A stretch of 64,000 nt of DNA. Source: Isurus oxyrinchus. Its lineage: Eukaryota. Every line of letters starts with the position of its first letter. Positions within the stretch are counted from its first letter, which is position 1. Under the pieces are notes generated by a model, which saw nothing but the letters and a program-made list of their open reading frames with translations, ran no database searches and was not told the DNA's origin. Both the position numbers and the translations under genes were made by a program. Positions 1-12,666 of this stretch are shown piece after piece. The stretch is from contig JANJGN010000002.1 of NCBI GenBank assembly GCA_026770705.1, positions 67,766,001 through 67,830,000 of the forward strand, written 5' to 3'.

Positions 1-62
1 GCCCCAATAAGGGAGGTTTATCTGGGTGTGTATCCAAAAACAATGGATCAGCTGGACACAAT

Positions 63-2327
63 GGGCTGGATTTTTCCAACCGGGGATGGTAGCCTGAGTT
101 GGCTAGTTTCCTGTCTCGGCAGACTTGCATCAATATAAAGGGCCCCGTTACATTCAGTTTTCACTCCAGGGAAGTGGGGGGGTGGGCTCTAGTCAGGCCC
201 ACCTACCCTGGAAGCAGATTGTAGGTGTCCACACAGGTAGACGAATGTTGACATGGGTTTGTTAGAAGGCCTGAGGTTCTCTGGGACTTTGTCCCAGATG
301 TTTTAAGCTGTTAGGCCCTCAAACCCTCATCTGTCACAAACACTCACCCCCACCCACACTACCATGGCCCCTCATACCCCCATTTCCCCTCCATGCCAAC
401 TTATAACCTGCACCAGCTGCTCACCCTATCCCTCCTTAGAGCCCCAAGGCCCCTCATGACTCCACACCACCTCCACAGCCACTCACCCAGTATCTACCAT
501 AGGCAGACCATGGGAGATGGAAAAAATAAACTTCCAACAATCTAATTTACCTCTCACTCATGCACTCTTGATAGCTGAAAAGAAACCCTCATTCATGAAA
601 CCCATTCAAAGCTTTCAACTTTCCTCAAGTGTTTAGTCTCTTATAAAAGCAAACAAACTTTTATTCAGCCCTCACATCAAAGACACCTAGGGTGGAATTG
701 TCCCAGATTTGCACTAAGTGCAGTAGCGGGTGGGAAAAACAACATTTTATCTGCCAGCCGCAATGGCAGCTATTCACGCTGTATCGTCCCAAACCCCCGC
801 ATTAATTATGCATTCCTGGGATATATGCCGTATCAATGGTGATTCACCTGCCACCCTGTCACCTCACCGCTTCATCACACCAGGCACCATATTTAAAGTA
901 CAAGCACGGTCAGTGCTCCCAGCTCAGGACTGCAGTAAAGAAGGCATGGCCCCAAAAGGCAAGAAGACTGTAGCCCTTGAGCACCTTTTGAATGCCTTGG
1001 AGGCCTGCTGTAATGTACTCTAACCCCGTTCTGGCCGCAGGAGGCAGAAACATTGCCACTCCTGCTTGGTGGGTGATGGCAGTGGTGATCAGTGCCAATG
1101 CTGCGCAGAAGAGATTAAATGCTGATAGAGGATGAATGATCTCATCCATGCAGCCAGGGGATGGCAACCATCTCATCACTCTAAACTCACACACTCAAGC
1201 CCTTCACACATTCACTGGCATCTCACTCACTGCCAGATCCAGGGACATCACCACCCATTCTCACACAAATAACCTGACGTGTCCATCTGGCCTCATCTCC
1301 TCTGGAGACTGCCTCCTCAACCCTCACCATCTTGAGGCCACTTGCACAGATCAACACATGCCCCCATCCACACCCTGGGATACCCTCCTTTCTCTGTACA
1401 GCTCTTGCCCTGCAGCATCTTCCCTTGCCTGAGGCCACTTCCCTCCCTTTTCCAAGCAAGACCTTGTCCTGCAGCCATTGTAAAGCCACCCACATATAGC
1501 CGATCTGGTAGGCAGAGACTTACCTGGCACCCCTCCTAAAAGTGATGTGGTGCTGTCTGTGAAGCCTAGTGCTGATGACTGCGAGTGCTCATTGAAGCAA
1601 AGTAGGCAAACAAACCTTGAAGTCTCAAGCGAAGTGCAGCCCATCAAGTTCAAGCCTTATATATGCTGTTACGAAACACGTTGGCATGTTTTTCCGACAT
1701 CGGATGGTGGGAAATGTGTCCCATCATTGGTGGGCTGAGTGGACATTCGCATACTGGTTTCATGCCGTCCTGAAACTGATTGCACCATATTTTCTGTTTG
1801 CGGCACTGAACATGCCCGGCACCATAAGGCGAGGAAAATCCCAATATAACCTTTTAATAGCCTCTTTTAACTGTCAATTAAACTGTGAACTCAGAACCCT
1901 GTGCTGAGATAATTGTAGATTTTGAAACTCAGTCAAGCATTCATAATGGCATAATGTTGGACATATCAGCAAAGAACTTAACTGAAACTGCACAAATAGA
2001 TGGTCATTGTTTTTCCTAACCTACAGCCCAGGTGACCCGTTAAGGAGGGAGCGTCTCTGCATGTTATCAGCCCTCACTGGGAAACCTGCTGTGCTGGCCA
2101 CTTAGCATGGGCCTCTCCCACCACTGCTTTAATCCCGGTGGTGAGGAATGAGGCCCTTATTCCCACTCAAGTGCCTCAATTGGCTGACATCTGCACTACT
2201 ACTGGTATAATTGCAGTGGGGGTAGGGATGAGTGGAAAGGCTGCGGGCAGGCCGCCAGCTGATTTTAATTCAGGCCCCCCCTCCACTGTCTTCAAACCTG
2301 CTGGTGAGGAAGCATTAAATACAGCCT
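63..2327. mobile_element. PIF/Harbinger-type non-autonomous element (MITE-like) hosting a nested insertion at 690-1845
   Basis: Starts GGGCTGGATTT (63) and ends AAATACAGCC (~2326), matching the GGGCTGGATTT/AAATCCAGCCC TIR seen elsewhere in the window. Subterminal sequence resembles 4564-5150 and 32299-32982. Confidence 0.6.
690..1845 (+). mobile_element. Internally deleted Harbinger element with decayed Myb/SANT exon 1
   Basis: Left end GGGTGGAATTGTCCCAGATTTGCACTAAGTGC is the reverse complement of the 9150-9187 end of the 5274-9187 element. ATG at 946 gives MAPKGKKT..LEHLLNALEA..L*PRSGRRR..VISANA..RMNDLIHAAR. Confidence 0.75.
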
Positions 2328-3345
2328 GTAACATCTCTAGAAAATTGCAGAGACAGCTATTGCTGTAATTTCCAGGGAACCAGTGTCGTAACTATCTTAC
2401 TGTACAACTAAATGTTCTGAGTTAGCCCACTGTTGCAATGTTTCTAGAATGTTGGAAAGTGGTATCACGGACAAGTTTTATGGGCTTTCTCACTGCCATG
2501 ATCAGAGTGTTTTGAATGTCAGGAATGAGCATTTTTTTATCCTCAGCGTGATTTCAATAATTCCAGTAGCAAGCGTTTTGTGAATTTGAAAATAAGGAAC
2601 GTTATTTATTGTCACACACTTGCCCTGGAATTTTAAAAATATGATGTCTCACTCAGTCAGCTCATCAATGTTATCACTCACATGAAGGTTATATACAGAT
2701 GGAAGTAGAATAATACAATTACAATTTATGTTGGTCTCAGTCTTTTTTGTGGCAGGCTGTAGTTTATTAGATGAGTTGATGCTTTGGTTGAAGTGAAAAT
2801 CTTGTAAAGCAGAGGAGATTCAGTAAGCTGTGAAGTTTCTTGTTGAATGTCCAGGAAGTTGGCTCTCAAGTGAACTTGAAGTTAGAACAAGTTGGGGGGT
2901 AGGGGGAGTCCTTCTCTCACTTTCAAGGTATTGCTGTTTATTACATGGCTGTTTATATAATATAGCTGGTTTGATAGTTGCTCGGTGGATTTCTGTCTGT
3001 AGAACAATTTCTTGCTGAAATTGCAACAAAATGGCTGAATCACCATGTGACCTGTTACAAGTCCAAAGTCCTTTTCCAAATAAGGTGGGTGTCCAGGTCA
3101 ATTATACATCCTGTGTGATGACTTCACATTTTGAGAATTTGAGTCAGCTAATGTCTTTGTATCTGAATGACCCATTCAATTTGAAAGTACACTTTTAGTA
3201 TTAGTTTCAGGAGAGTTATTGAGTAAACCTCAGTTTGGAAAGGTCCATTTGTTCCCTCTTGAGACAGGAGAGTTTTTCAATCCACAAAGTCAGGTGATCC
3301 TTGGCAGCCATCTTTCTGTAGCCTTTTGTGGTTTTAAAAAATATA

Positions 3346-4005
3346 AAGCAGAACTTTTACCTCACCAGGCAGGCACGGTGGCCGGGCCTGGGAGCGGCCA
3401 CGCAACGGACTGTCACCCGCAATCAGGCTCCAACCGTGTTTTCTTGCTAGCTGGTCGATTAATGGCCAGCCAGCATAAATTGTGTGCTGCAATGCTCAGT
3501 GCTGCCAGGGTGGTGGGGGGAGGAGTGTGAGTGCCGGAAGTCAGTGCATGCGCGCGGGCGCGCTCAGTGAGAGCCTCCTGAAGGCACAAAGCTGCCTTAG
3601 GGAGCTGAAGGTTTTTCACATTAAAAATAAAGTTTTCAAAAAAGAGGAAAACATGTCCCCTCGTGTGACTCTGACATACGAGCAGAGACATGGTGAAAAT
3701 GAGTTCTGAAAAATTTTATTTTATTTTTAATTAACATCGGAAACTTCATCCTGGCCATGGATGAAGTTTCTTCAAAAATCCAAAGGCTGCTTGGCCTATT
3801 CGTCCGCCCACCAGCCGTAAGGTTGGACAGCAGGGGAAAGTTCTAATTAATTAAGTAATGGGCTTAACAGCCCTCCTAATTGTTGGTGGGTGTGCTGCCA
3901 ACTCCCGTGCATGCACGCCGACCGAAATATCGCGCCAGTGCACAGAGACGTCAGGACGCTCACCCAGTGTCATCGCTGACTATTTTTCTCCCGTTCGGGA
4001 CGTGC
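3346..4005. mobile_element. Harbinger-type MITE, degraded, same family as 26523-27129 in the opposite orientation
   Basis: Shares reverse-complemented blocks with 26523-27129 (ACATGTCCCCTCGTGTGACTCTG, GCTGCCTTAGGGAGCTGAAG, CG-rich subterminal motifs). Confidence 0.6.
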
Positions 4006-4563
4006 ACCATAAAGTATTTACTGTAAGTTCATAATATACTAGAACATAAGAGTGGTCACAGAGAAGGACTTCAGGAGTTCGGCTCATTTGTGTTGGAAAG
4101 GACACCTCGAGCTAACTTCAGATTCGTCTTCAAAATGATCAAGGGATTGATGGTTTTAATATTGGCTTAAATCTCATGATATACAAGTTAAATGAAGTAA
4201 TTAAAAATGAGGAATTCATAGGTATAAATATGGAATGTGACAGAACTATTTCAAGTAAAAGCTAATAAAAGGAACATAGGAATAGGAGTAGGCCATTTCG
4301 CCCCCAAGCTTTTTCTGCTATTCAGTGAGATTATGGATGATCTGTGACCTGACTCCATATCTCATCCTTGCCCCATATTCCTTAACGCCTTGACTAACAA
4401 AAATCAGCCAACTTCAAATTTAAAATTAAGTACCGGTCTTGCATCAATCACCAATTGCAGGAGAGACATCCAGACCTTTAACCCCTTTGTGTTAGGATAT
4501 GTTCCCTAATTTCATCCCTGAAAGGTGTGGCTCTAATTTTTAGACAATGCCCCAGAGTCCTAG

Positions 4564-5150
4564 GGCTGGATTTACCGGGCACCATGGTCCCTGCCCCACC
4601 CTTGTTGAAAGGTTGGTGGGGAGTTTTCCCAGGGAAAGAACGACTGCCCTGCTGTCATTTAACAGTCCAGATTTCTGCCTCTCAGGCACAGGAACCCACA
4701 CATCAGAAAGCTAGTGGCCAGGCAGTGAGGGAGGTGTGGTGGTGTGCTGGGTGGGACAGTGTTGGGGGGGCCAGGTTTGAGAGGCCATGGTGGGAGAGGG
4801 TAAAGGGAGATGTGTGATCTTGGGGTAATGCCTCCAATGGGCACAGGGGATCCACAAACGAGGTCCCTTCCCCCTTGCCCAGGCCGCGCAGCTAATGCCA
4901 GGCTTGTGGCTTCCCTCCTGCTCTTGGTAAAATAGCAGCAGGGACAGAATGAGGCCCTTAAGTGTCCATTAGTTGGCTACTTAGAGGCCTCAGTAGCCCA
5001 AGGGTTGGTGGGGTGCCCGACACCTCAGCTGTCCCACTATAAAATTTCATGCAGGTTGGAGGTGGGGGTGGTATGCAGGAAGTCACACACTGGATTTTAC
5101 GAGCTCCCCACCTTCAAATCCACTGCCAGAGGAGCAGAAGACCCAGTCTC
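4564..5150. mobile_element. Harbinger-type MITE inserted in CR1
   Basis: GGCTGGATTT left end and degenerate right end (AGACCCAGTCTC). TAG duplicated at 4561-4563 and 5151-5153. CR1 is continuous across the site. Confidence 0.75.
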
Positions 5151-5273
5151 TAGATTCCTCAACTAGAGGAAATTGTTTCTCCCAATCTACCCTATCTGTT
5201 TCCCTCAATATATCTTGAAAGCTTAAAGCAAATCACTGCTTAACCTTTTAAATTCCAGGGAATACAACTCTAG

Positions 5274-8200
5274 GGCAGAATTTTTCATGTCACTGGCATC
5301 AGATGTGTTCAGCAGCGGGAGCAGACAATATGGTGAGAAGGGCAAAAATCGGTTTCATAATGTCATGAAACCAGTTTGCAGTTGTCCGCTCCGCTCATCA
5401 ATGGTTGGCCATGTTTCCCACTGCCGGACGTCGGGAACTTCATGGCGATACATCTGCATATCTTTATAAGCCCAGCTCACCGGAATCATCCCCCACTCCG
5501 GATCATCCAAGCATGTCAGCGGGAAACACGCTGGTGCAGAACATGTCTTGACAATTGTGATGTGCAGAAGTTGGGACCTATCGTCAAGGTCTTGCTCACA
5601 TCGTGGACATCCGAGGTGCAGGAGAGCCCAACAGCAATGGGAGCTTGGAGGAATATCCATTGCATGCTGGGTGGATTCACATGAACATGGCTCTGCTGCA
5701 AAGCAGCTAACGGAAGGTGGAAAATCACCATTGAGGGCCTGCTCAGTATCTTGGCCATGGTCTGCAATGGATGGCCATCAAGGGGGGAGGGGTCGAAGGA
5801 AGATCCAGCTGTGTTTGGGAGAGGAAGATGTACCACGGGGGTGGGAGAGATCTAGATTCAACTGGGAGAGGAAAGTGTGTTGGGGAGTTGAGATTTAGAG
5901 GGCAGGAACAAAGGTGTTGAGGGGATGAGGTAGGGAGGTGAGATTGGGAGTGGGTGGAGGGAGTGTAAGGGGGAGGGGGTTGTGCAGAAGACGGCAGCTG
6001 GGGAAGTCGATGTAGGGGGGGAAGAATGCGTAATGGAAGGAGTTCGGAGAGGGGAAGGAATCTGGGCTGTGGGGGAAGGAGTCTGGCTGGGAAAGGAGTC
6101 CAGGGGGACGAAAGAGTCCAGATAGGGGAAGGATTGAGGGTGTATGAAGAAGTAAGGGTGAAGGAAGGAGTCAGGAAGGGGGAAGGACCAAGGAGCAGAA
6201 GGAGTCCGGAGGGAAGAAGGGGTCCAGGGGCAAGGTGGTGGAAAGGAGTTTCAAGGGGGCAAGGAGTCTGGAGGGGGAAGGACTAAGGGGCAGATGGAGT
6301 TCGGTGGGGAGAAGGGGTTCGGGGGCAGGGTGGTGGGAAGGAATTCCAAGGGGGTAAGTAGTCCGGACTGGGGGCATCCAGTGAATGTGCAAGGGAAGGG
6401 TCTGTGAAGTCCTTGACTGCCTCCTGGGAAGCGAACAGAGGGTGGTCATGGTAGGAAGGAATGGTGAGAATGACCGAGGGCAGAGTGAGACGGGAGGGCG
6501 AGGATGTGACTGTTTCAGTAGAAGGGATGGTGAGGGTGGTTGGTGGGGACTCGGAGGCAGATACGGACCCTGGGGTTGGGAAAGAGGATGTTGGGGAGGT
6601 TAATGTGGATGGGGGTGGGATTTTCGAGAAGGAAGAAAACGTGCACGGTTCTCATCCCCAAAAGAAAAGGGTTGTGGCTGGTCAGTGATGGTGGGGAGGT
6701 GGAAGGTGATACCCGGGGGAAAAGAATTGAGTGACTGGGGATGGGGAAAGGATGCGGTACCTCAAGAAAAACTGTAGCATTACCATGCCTGCTAAATCAA
6801 AAGTGAAAGGAGAGTTGTGGTGGGTAAGAACAGATGCTGCATGGGAGTGTGATCAGTGGGTTGGGTGGAGATGCAGGTCAGCTCAGATGGTCAACTGAAA
6901 GAGAACCCCAGCATTGAAAATGCTCAAAACATCGAGATGAGTATGATGCATGAAGGATCCACATACATGGGAGAGTGCTTGCCACAAACAACTTCTCCCT
7001 CCAGAATCACTCGCAGGCCTGCTGTGTGCAGTTGAACTGCTAGTGGGGGGCTAGGGGGGTATGCAGGAAGATGACTCACGCAGCCTGTCAATGAAGCTGA
7101 AAGACACCATTACACATATTTCAATGAAAATTAATATATTTTCAGATTGTAAAGTGACAAAATGTCTTCACCCATGTGACTAACTGTGACCAGAATCTCT
7201 TACCTTTTCTACACCTTAGACCTCTAGGTGCTAGCCGGACATCCACAGCAAGGGTGGAGACAGCCTGTGCAAAGGTTGGCCCTGTTGCCTCTGATGACTT
7301 TGATGTGAGTCCTCTGGAAAGCTGAGGTCTTGGGGGCCTTGGCTTCTTTTGGCTGTCCTCCTATGTGCCAGCTGCTTCCTCTGCGGTGACAGAGGACCAA
7401 GTTGAGGGGATCACAGGCAAAGGGGACTTAGAGGGAGCAGGCAGCCTCTGAGATTCCTAAGTACATGACTAAGGGGTATCCAGCTGACACTCCTCCTCCT
7501 TTCAGGTGCCCGAGGGTCCTGGCCTGAAACCTTGAGGGGAAGGAGCACCTGGAAGGATGTTAATGTGCCCTGTTTCCCTCTCGCATTGCCATTGCAGGAA
7601 TTCACCCATGGCTACCGCAATGGTGCGCAGGTCTGCATACATCTTTGCATTCTGCTGGACCAGGGACTTCATGGTGTCCTCCATCCTTCCCATGGAGACC
7701 TCCATATGCGTACATGTGGGCAGCACTTCATCAGAAAACAGGCAGATACACTCACCTGACTAGTGTGCCACTCTGTTGAGAGCTTCCAACAGCTCTGCAT
7801 GATTTTCCCCCTCTTTCTGCTGACTCTCCACAGTGAGTTGGAAGTCCAAATCCAGAGGCTCGTCATCTGACTCGGACCTTACAGATGCCTCTTCCCCAGC
7901 AGCCCTCCGAGTACTGAGGAGCTTGGCTGAACCTGCCTCCTTCTGCTGTGGACACATATCCATGCGGTGACCACCAGATTGTGAACCCAAGCCTGCTCAA
8001 CATCTAGGTCCCACCGAGGTGTGTGTCTCTGCACTAATGAAGGGTGTGGGTAAGCGCTGTGACGGATCTTCCAGGCTGCTTATTTCTATCTCTCCAATGG
8101 AGGGTAAGTTCTCTTGGCTGGAGATGAAGACATGGATGGAGCTGAGGGACTGGCTGGCTGAGGGTGTCGGTCACTTGGCAGAGCTCCCTGTGAACCAAAG

Positions 8201-9187
8201 TAGAGATAATTAGTGCATGGCAGCAGAGTCAAAAGCAGGAGAGCGAGCATTCACATTTGCATTGAGAGAGGGATGATGTGGTGTAGGATCCTCAAGTGGG
8301 TGTTCACCTCCGACCTCACCATTGCTGCAAGCATGGTCCACGTACCTACCAGTCAGCATGCTGGCACACTCCTCAAAGTGAGTGAGGGGCCTAATGTGGG
8401 CCACTCAACCCCCGGTCTGGGACCTCTACCTGCTGCCACACCCAGCTTCTCCTTCATGAAAACAGGTGGGGAGAATGTGAGCAGGACACATGGCACATGG
8501 TTTGTGTGGTGAGTGGAGCCATGGGTGGGATGAAGACAAGAGCTCAAGCGGATATGAGCCTGATGGAGATGTGAGGGTGTGAGTGAGAGTTAGTGGAGTT
8601 GTCCCTTGAGGTGTGTGATCCCTGTGAATGTGTGATGTGTTTGTGAGTGTGTGAGTTGACAGTGATGAGAAGAGTGTCTTACCCTGGTGGAACAGATGAT
8701 TCATCCTCTTTTGGCACTGGGCAGCTGTCCTCTTTCGTAGCACATTGGCGCTGATCACCACTGCCACTGCCCCCCATGCTAGATTGGTGACCTTACTTGC
8801 TGATCTTGGCCCAGAGCGGGGGTAGAGGACATCACGATGAGCATCCACGGCATTCAAAAGATGGCATTAAACTAGGGGATGGCAGTGTTCTTGCCTTTTG
8901 GAGCCATATTTTCTGTGCAGCAGTCCTGGGCTGGAAGCACTGAGAGGTGTGCATGTGGCTGCACTTTAAATATGCGCCTGGCATGAGGAGGATGCAGCAT
9001 AGTGACGACATGGCGGGTGAATGAAAGCCCACCCATCATCAAAATGGTGCATTTCTTGGGAATGCATGATTATTGAGGCAGGGTTGGGATGATATGGCAT
9101 GAAAAGCTGCCATTGCAGCCAGTGGATAATATGTTCTTTTTCATGCCCGCTACCGCACTTATTGCAAATTTGGGACGATCCCACTCC
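5274..9187 (-). mobile_element. 3.9-kb PIF/Harbinger element carrying a Myb/SANT gene but no recognisable DDE transposase
   Basis: TAG duplicated at 5271-5273 and 9188-9190 within a continuous CR1. Ends GGCAGAATT and (reverse complement) GGAGTGGGATCGTCCC. Homologous to 690-1845 and 61619-63700. Confidence 0.85.
7200..8907 (-). pseudogene. Three-exon Harbinger Myb/SANT-like DNA-binding protein gene, decayed
   Basis: Exon 1 8907-8683 reads MAPKGKNT..NAVDAHRDVLYPRSG..AWGAVAVVISAN..KRTAAQCQKRMNHL, followed by a GTAAG donor. Exon 2 from 8451 (AG acceptor) reads EKL..TGGG..HIRPLTHFEECA. Exon 3 from 8187 (TTCACAG acceptor) is acidic/coiled-coil. Contains stops and frameshifts; the 3' end is approximate. 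Confidence 0.8.
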
Positions 9188-10079
9188 TAGTAACTTCTGC
9201 TTGTAGTTTCACCCTTTGAGCCCAGATAGTATTCTGATAAACTGACACTGCACTCTCTCCAAGGCCTTTAAATGCTTTCTCAGGTGTCATGCTTGGAACT
9301 GCTCACAGTGCTCCAGGTTGCTCTAAGCAGAGCTGAAGAATGCTATCTACCCCCTTGTATTCTAGTCATCGAGATATAAAGGCCAGTATTGCATTAGCCT
9401 TTCTGATTATTTTCTGTACCTGCTCATGACATTTTAATGATGTGTATACCTGGACCTCCCAAGCAGCTTTGGGCCTCCACTGCTTCTCGCTTTTCACCAT
9501 TTAGAAAGAACCCTATTCCATCCTTTTTACTTCCAAAAAGGATGGCCTCTCATTTGCTTACAAAGCCTATTTGTCACAATTTTGTCCATTTACTTAAGTA
9601 AGATGTGCAATTTTCCAATCTAAGGGGACTATTCCAGACTCATTATAGTCTAAGTTTATTATAGTTAAGATTATAATTAGAGTAAGTATAATGTCCTCAT
9701 CTATTTCCTGTAAAACTGTGGGGTGGAAAGCACGTGATCCTGAGGATTTGTCACTCTTTATTACCATTATTTTCTTCATTACCGTTATTTTGGTTACATT
9801 AATTTTGGTGACTCCCTATCCCTGATTCCATATTAGTTTCCTTGGGATGTCTGACATGCTGACTTCTTCATCTACAGTAAATACTGATGAAAAGTATTAT
9901 TCAGCATGCTCACCGTTTCCTTATTTTCAACAAGTGGTCCACATTGTTCCTGATCACCCTCTTTTTCCTAAAATAATTGTAAAAATGATTGTGTTGATTT
10001 TGATATCTCTTGCAAGCTTCTCTTCATAAGCTGCTTTGTAGCCCTTTCAATCTATCTTTCCACCTTTTGCATTCACCAA

Positions 10080-11515
10080 GGTCTATGCTAAGTTCTGTGC
10101 CAGAGGATCGTTGGCAATTATACCAGTAATAGGAAAAACTTTTTAAGTAATGTGAAGTGTCAGAGAACTGTCAAAGTCTGGATTGGGCCACTGAAGGATG
10201 TTACAAAGGGTTCACTGGGTTTGGCATAAATATTAAATGGGCATCAATTATCACACTTGAAGACAGCTGGAATTAATGATGTAAATAATAACACTAATAA
10301 TATTATTATAAGTTATTTAGATGGAATTAAGAACCTGAATATTGATAGAGCAGTTGGGCTGGATGATACACAACTTTGCTGGTCCCTTTTTAATAGCTTA
10401 ATGCAGTCTCAGATATTTCCTCTAGACTGTAAGGAGATGACTGTAGTCCCCATCTTTAAAAAAAAGAAGACAAGATGGACCAGATAACTATAGACCAATT
10501 AGTTTGAAATCAGTAATAGAAGAAGTTGAGGGAATGATTAGGGATATAATATATGATTACTTGGATAGAGAGAGACACCTAATATGGCTTCATAAAAGGA
10601 GATCATGTCTTACAATATTGATTATACTTCAAGTTGGTGGATAAAAGTAGCCCAGTAGACACTGACTACTTAGTCTTCCAAAAAGTTGTAAGCAAGGTTC
10701 CGCACAAAAGGCTTTTCTACAAGATCAAAGCCTCAGGTATCCGTGGTAATATTTTGAGCTGAATTGAGAAATGACTGCAAGGATCTAAGCGGGAAGTAGT
10801 TATACATGTACTTGCATCTGTTTTACATCTGGCACCATTGCTCATTACCATTTTTTGTTAATGATCTACATGTAAGTGTGCTTACAATCTGCAAGTTTTC
10901 AGATCGCGTTAAGGCCTGTGGAATATTATGGCTGTAGATGATGCTTGACTGCTTCAGGTGGAACAAACGTGTTGGAGGATTGGCTGCAGAACTGATAAAT
11001 TTTGTTTCATTTGGGAAGGTGCAGTGTTATTACTAAAACAGGGCAAATGTTCAACATACATACATCCATCAGAGAAAAAACGTTAAAGAAGGTGGAGAAA
11101 GAAAGAAATCTCAGTGTTCTACAGTGGATATCTCTTACAGTTCATGAACAATGATGTGAAGTGATATCTAGAGCAAATAGGGTTTTGGGCTACATTCATA
11201 TAACAATTGATTATAAGTCATAGCATACTATTTTGTTCTTGTGCAATACCTTGGTCAGGCCCCCGTTGGAATATTGTTTCCCATTTTGGTCTTCTCACAT
11301 GGCGGGTGATATTGAGGCTTTAGAAAGGATTAATAGCAGGTCCACTAGACTAATTCCCAGTTTAAAGGAACTTAGTTATCAAGGCAGGCTAAAAGAACTG
11401 AAACTCTATACTTCAGAGAAGCAAAGATTTAGGGATGATATGATTAAGGTTTGTACGATGATGAAGGGAATAGATTGCATTTGAATTGACAGTTTTTTTT
11501 CCTAATAGATTAGGG
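10080..11515 (+). mobile_element. Old CR1 LINE ORF2 (RT) fragment
   Basis: FPLDCKEMTVVPIFKK and YRPISL-like motifs. ORF 11233-11484 reads LVRPPLEYCFPFWS..DIEALER..SY..RLKEL. Confidence 0.85.
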
Positions 11516-11851
11516 AGGAATAGTTTTGATTGCCTAGAAGAGGAATTTCCCCAGTTTTTCCCCCAAATTGGCCTGTGTTTTTACCTGTTTTTTCACTTCT
11601 CCCAGGAGATCAGGTGATTTTTGGGTAGGGTGCAGTGTATGTATTGTGATACACTAGCACCACAATTTGTGGCATAGGCTGGATGGACCTGTGCGTCTTT
11701 TCTTGTACAAGTTGCCAGCTATCTACAACTCGGGAGGGTGGAGGTGGGAGGTGGAAATTGGTCCTTGTTACACCCTTACCCAGGCTGTAAACAGGAGCAA
11801 AAAGATTATTTTCAGTTGCAACATCCCAGACTTCAAAGGGACCTAGGGACT

Positions 11852-12166
11852 GGCGAGGTGGTGGCATAGTGATATTGTTACTGGGCTGGTATTCCAGAGA
11901 TCAGGGTAATGCTCTGGGGATCTAGGTTCAAATCTCACCATGGCAAATGGTGAAATTTGAATTCAATAAAAATCTGAATATTTACCATGATTGTTGTAAA
12001 AACCCATCTGGTTCACTTCCTTTAGGGAAGGAAAGCTGCCATCCTTACCTGGTCTGGCCTACATGTTGACTCTTAACTGCCCTTTGAACAAGGGCAATTA
12101 GGAATGGGCAATAAATGCTGCCCTAGTCAGTGACACCCACATCCCATGTATGAATAATTTTAAAAA
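11852..12166 (+). mobile_element. tRNA-headed SINE composed of the 5' and 3' ends of the L2/CR1-group LINE
   Basis: A box TGGCATAGTGA and B box GGTTCAAATC. The first ~230 bp match 40578-40840. The tail (GGGCAATTAGGAATGGGCAATAAATGCTG..CCCACATCCCATGTATGAAT) matches the LINE 3' ends at ~32030, 44505 and 53430. Confidence 0.8.
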
Positions 12167-12421
12167 GGCTCACAAGTGGATAATAGGAAATTATTGTAAT
12201 TGCACATTATATTTAAAGCTAAAAGGTTCTGGTTTTACTTGCTTAGATTTTGGTCATAATGTGGCCTCATCAACAGTCCTTATAGAAACTTCTGGTGGCT
12301 GTCAGCAAAAAGGTAAGTGAAACTTTTAAATTTACCTGTATTTGAAACCAGTGTAAAAATGGCTGCTCCTTTTGCTCCACAGCACTACCATAGGCCAGTG
12401 CTATCTGATCACTAGTTATAT

Positions 12422-12666
12422 TATTACTGTGGTTTTATCTCAGGATTTGTTAGTTTCTTATTTTAGAAGAGATCTTGCGGGAGGCAATGTCTTGTTTAAA
12501 ACACAGTTATTTACATGCTGACAATTTACAAAGGTTAAGTAACAAAGACATAGCTGGAGCTGCTCTCTGCTATACTACTCAGTCATCTTCTCTCAGTGAG
12601 TGACATCACTGTGATCTTTATGAACATGTTCAGTGGTTAACAGTAGAGTTAACTGTTTACTCTACA
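12422..12666 (-). repeat. 3' LTR with adjacent polypurine tract (12667-12688)
   Basis: Begins TGTAGAGT on the minus strand and aligns by eye with 19993-20219. Confidence 0.85.

Larger units (their letters stand above)
4270..10075 (-). mobile_element. CR1 LINE fragments (3' end and RT pieces), interrupted by two Harbinger insertions
   Basis: Typical CR1 3' tail in antisense at 4270 (GAACATAGGAATAGGAGTAGGCCATT). CR1 sequence resumes after 5153 and after 9190. ORF 9594-9779 reads KSDKSSG..HPTVLQE..ESGIVPLDWKIA. Confidence 0.8.

Noticed and set aside
2400-3340. Possible long solo LTR (also 57280-57682)
   Set aside because: The composition is LTR-like, but I could not fix TG..CA ends with a TSD.
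11852-11940. tRNA gene (also 35125 and 40581)
   Set aside because: Only A/B-box-like motifs are present, with no cloverleaf or terminator; these are SINE/LINE heads.
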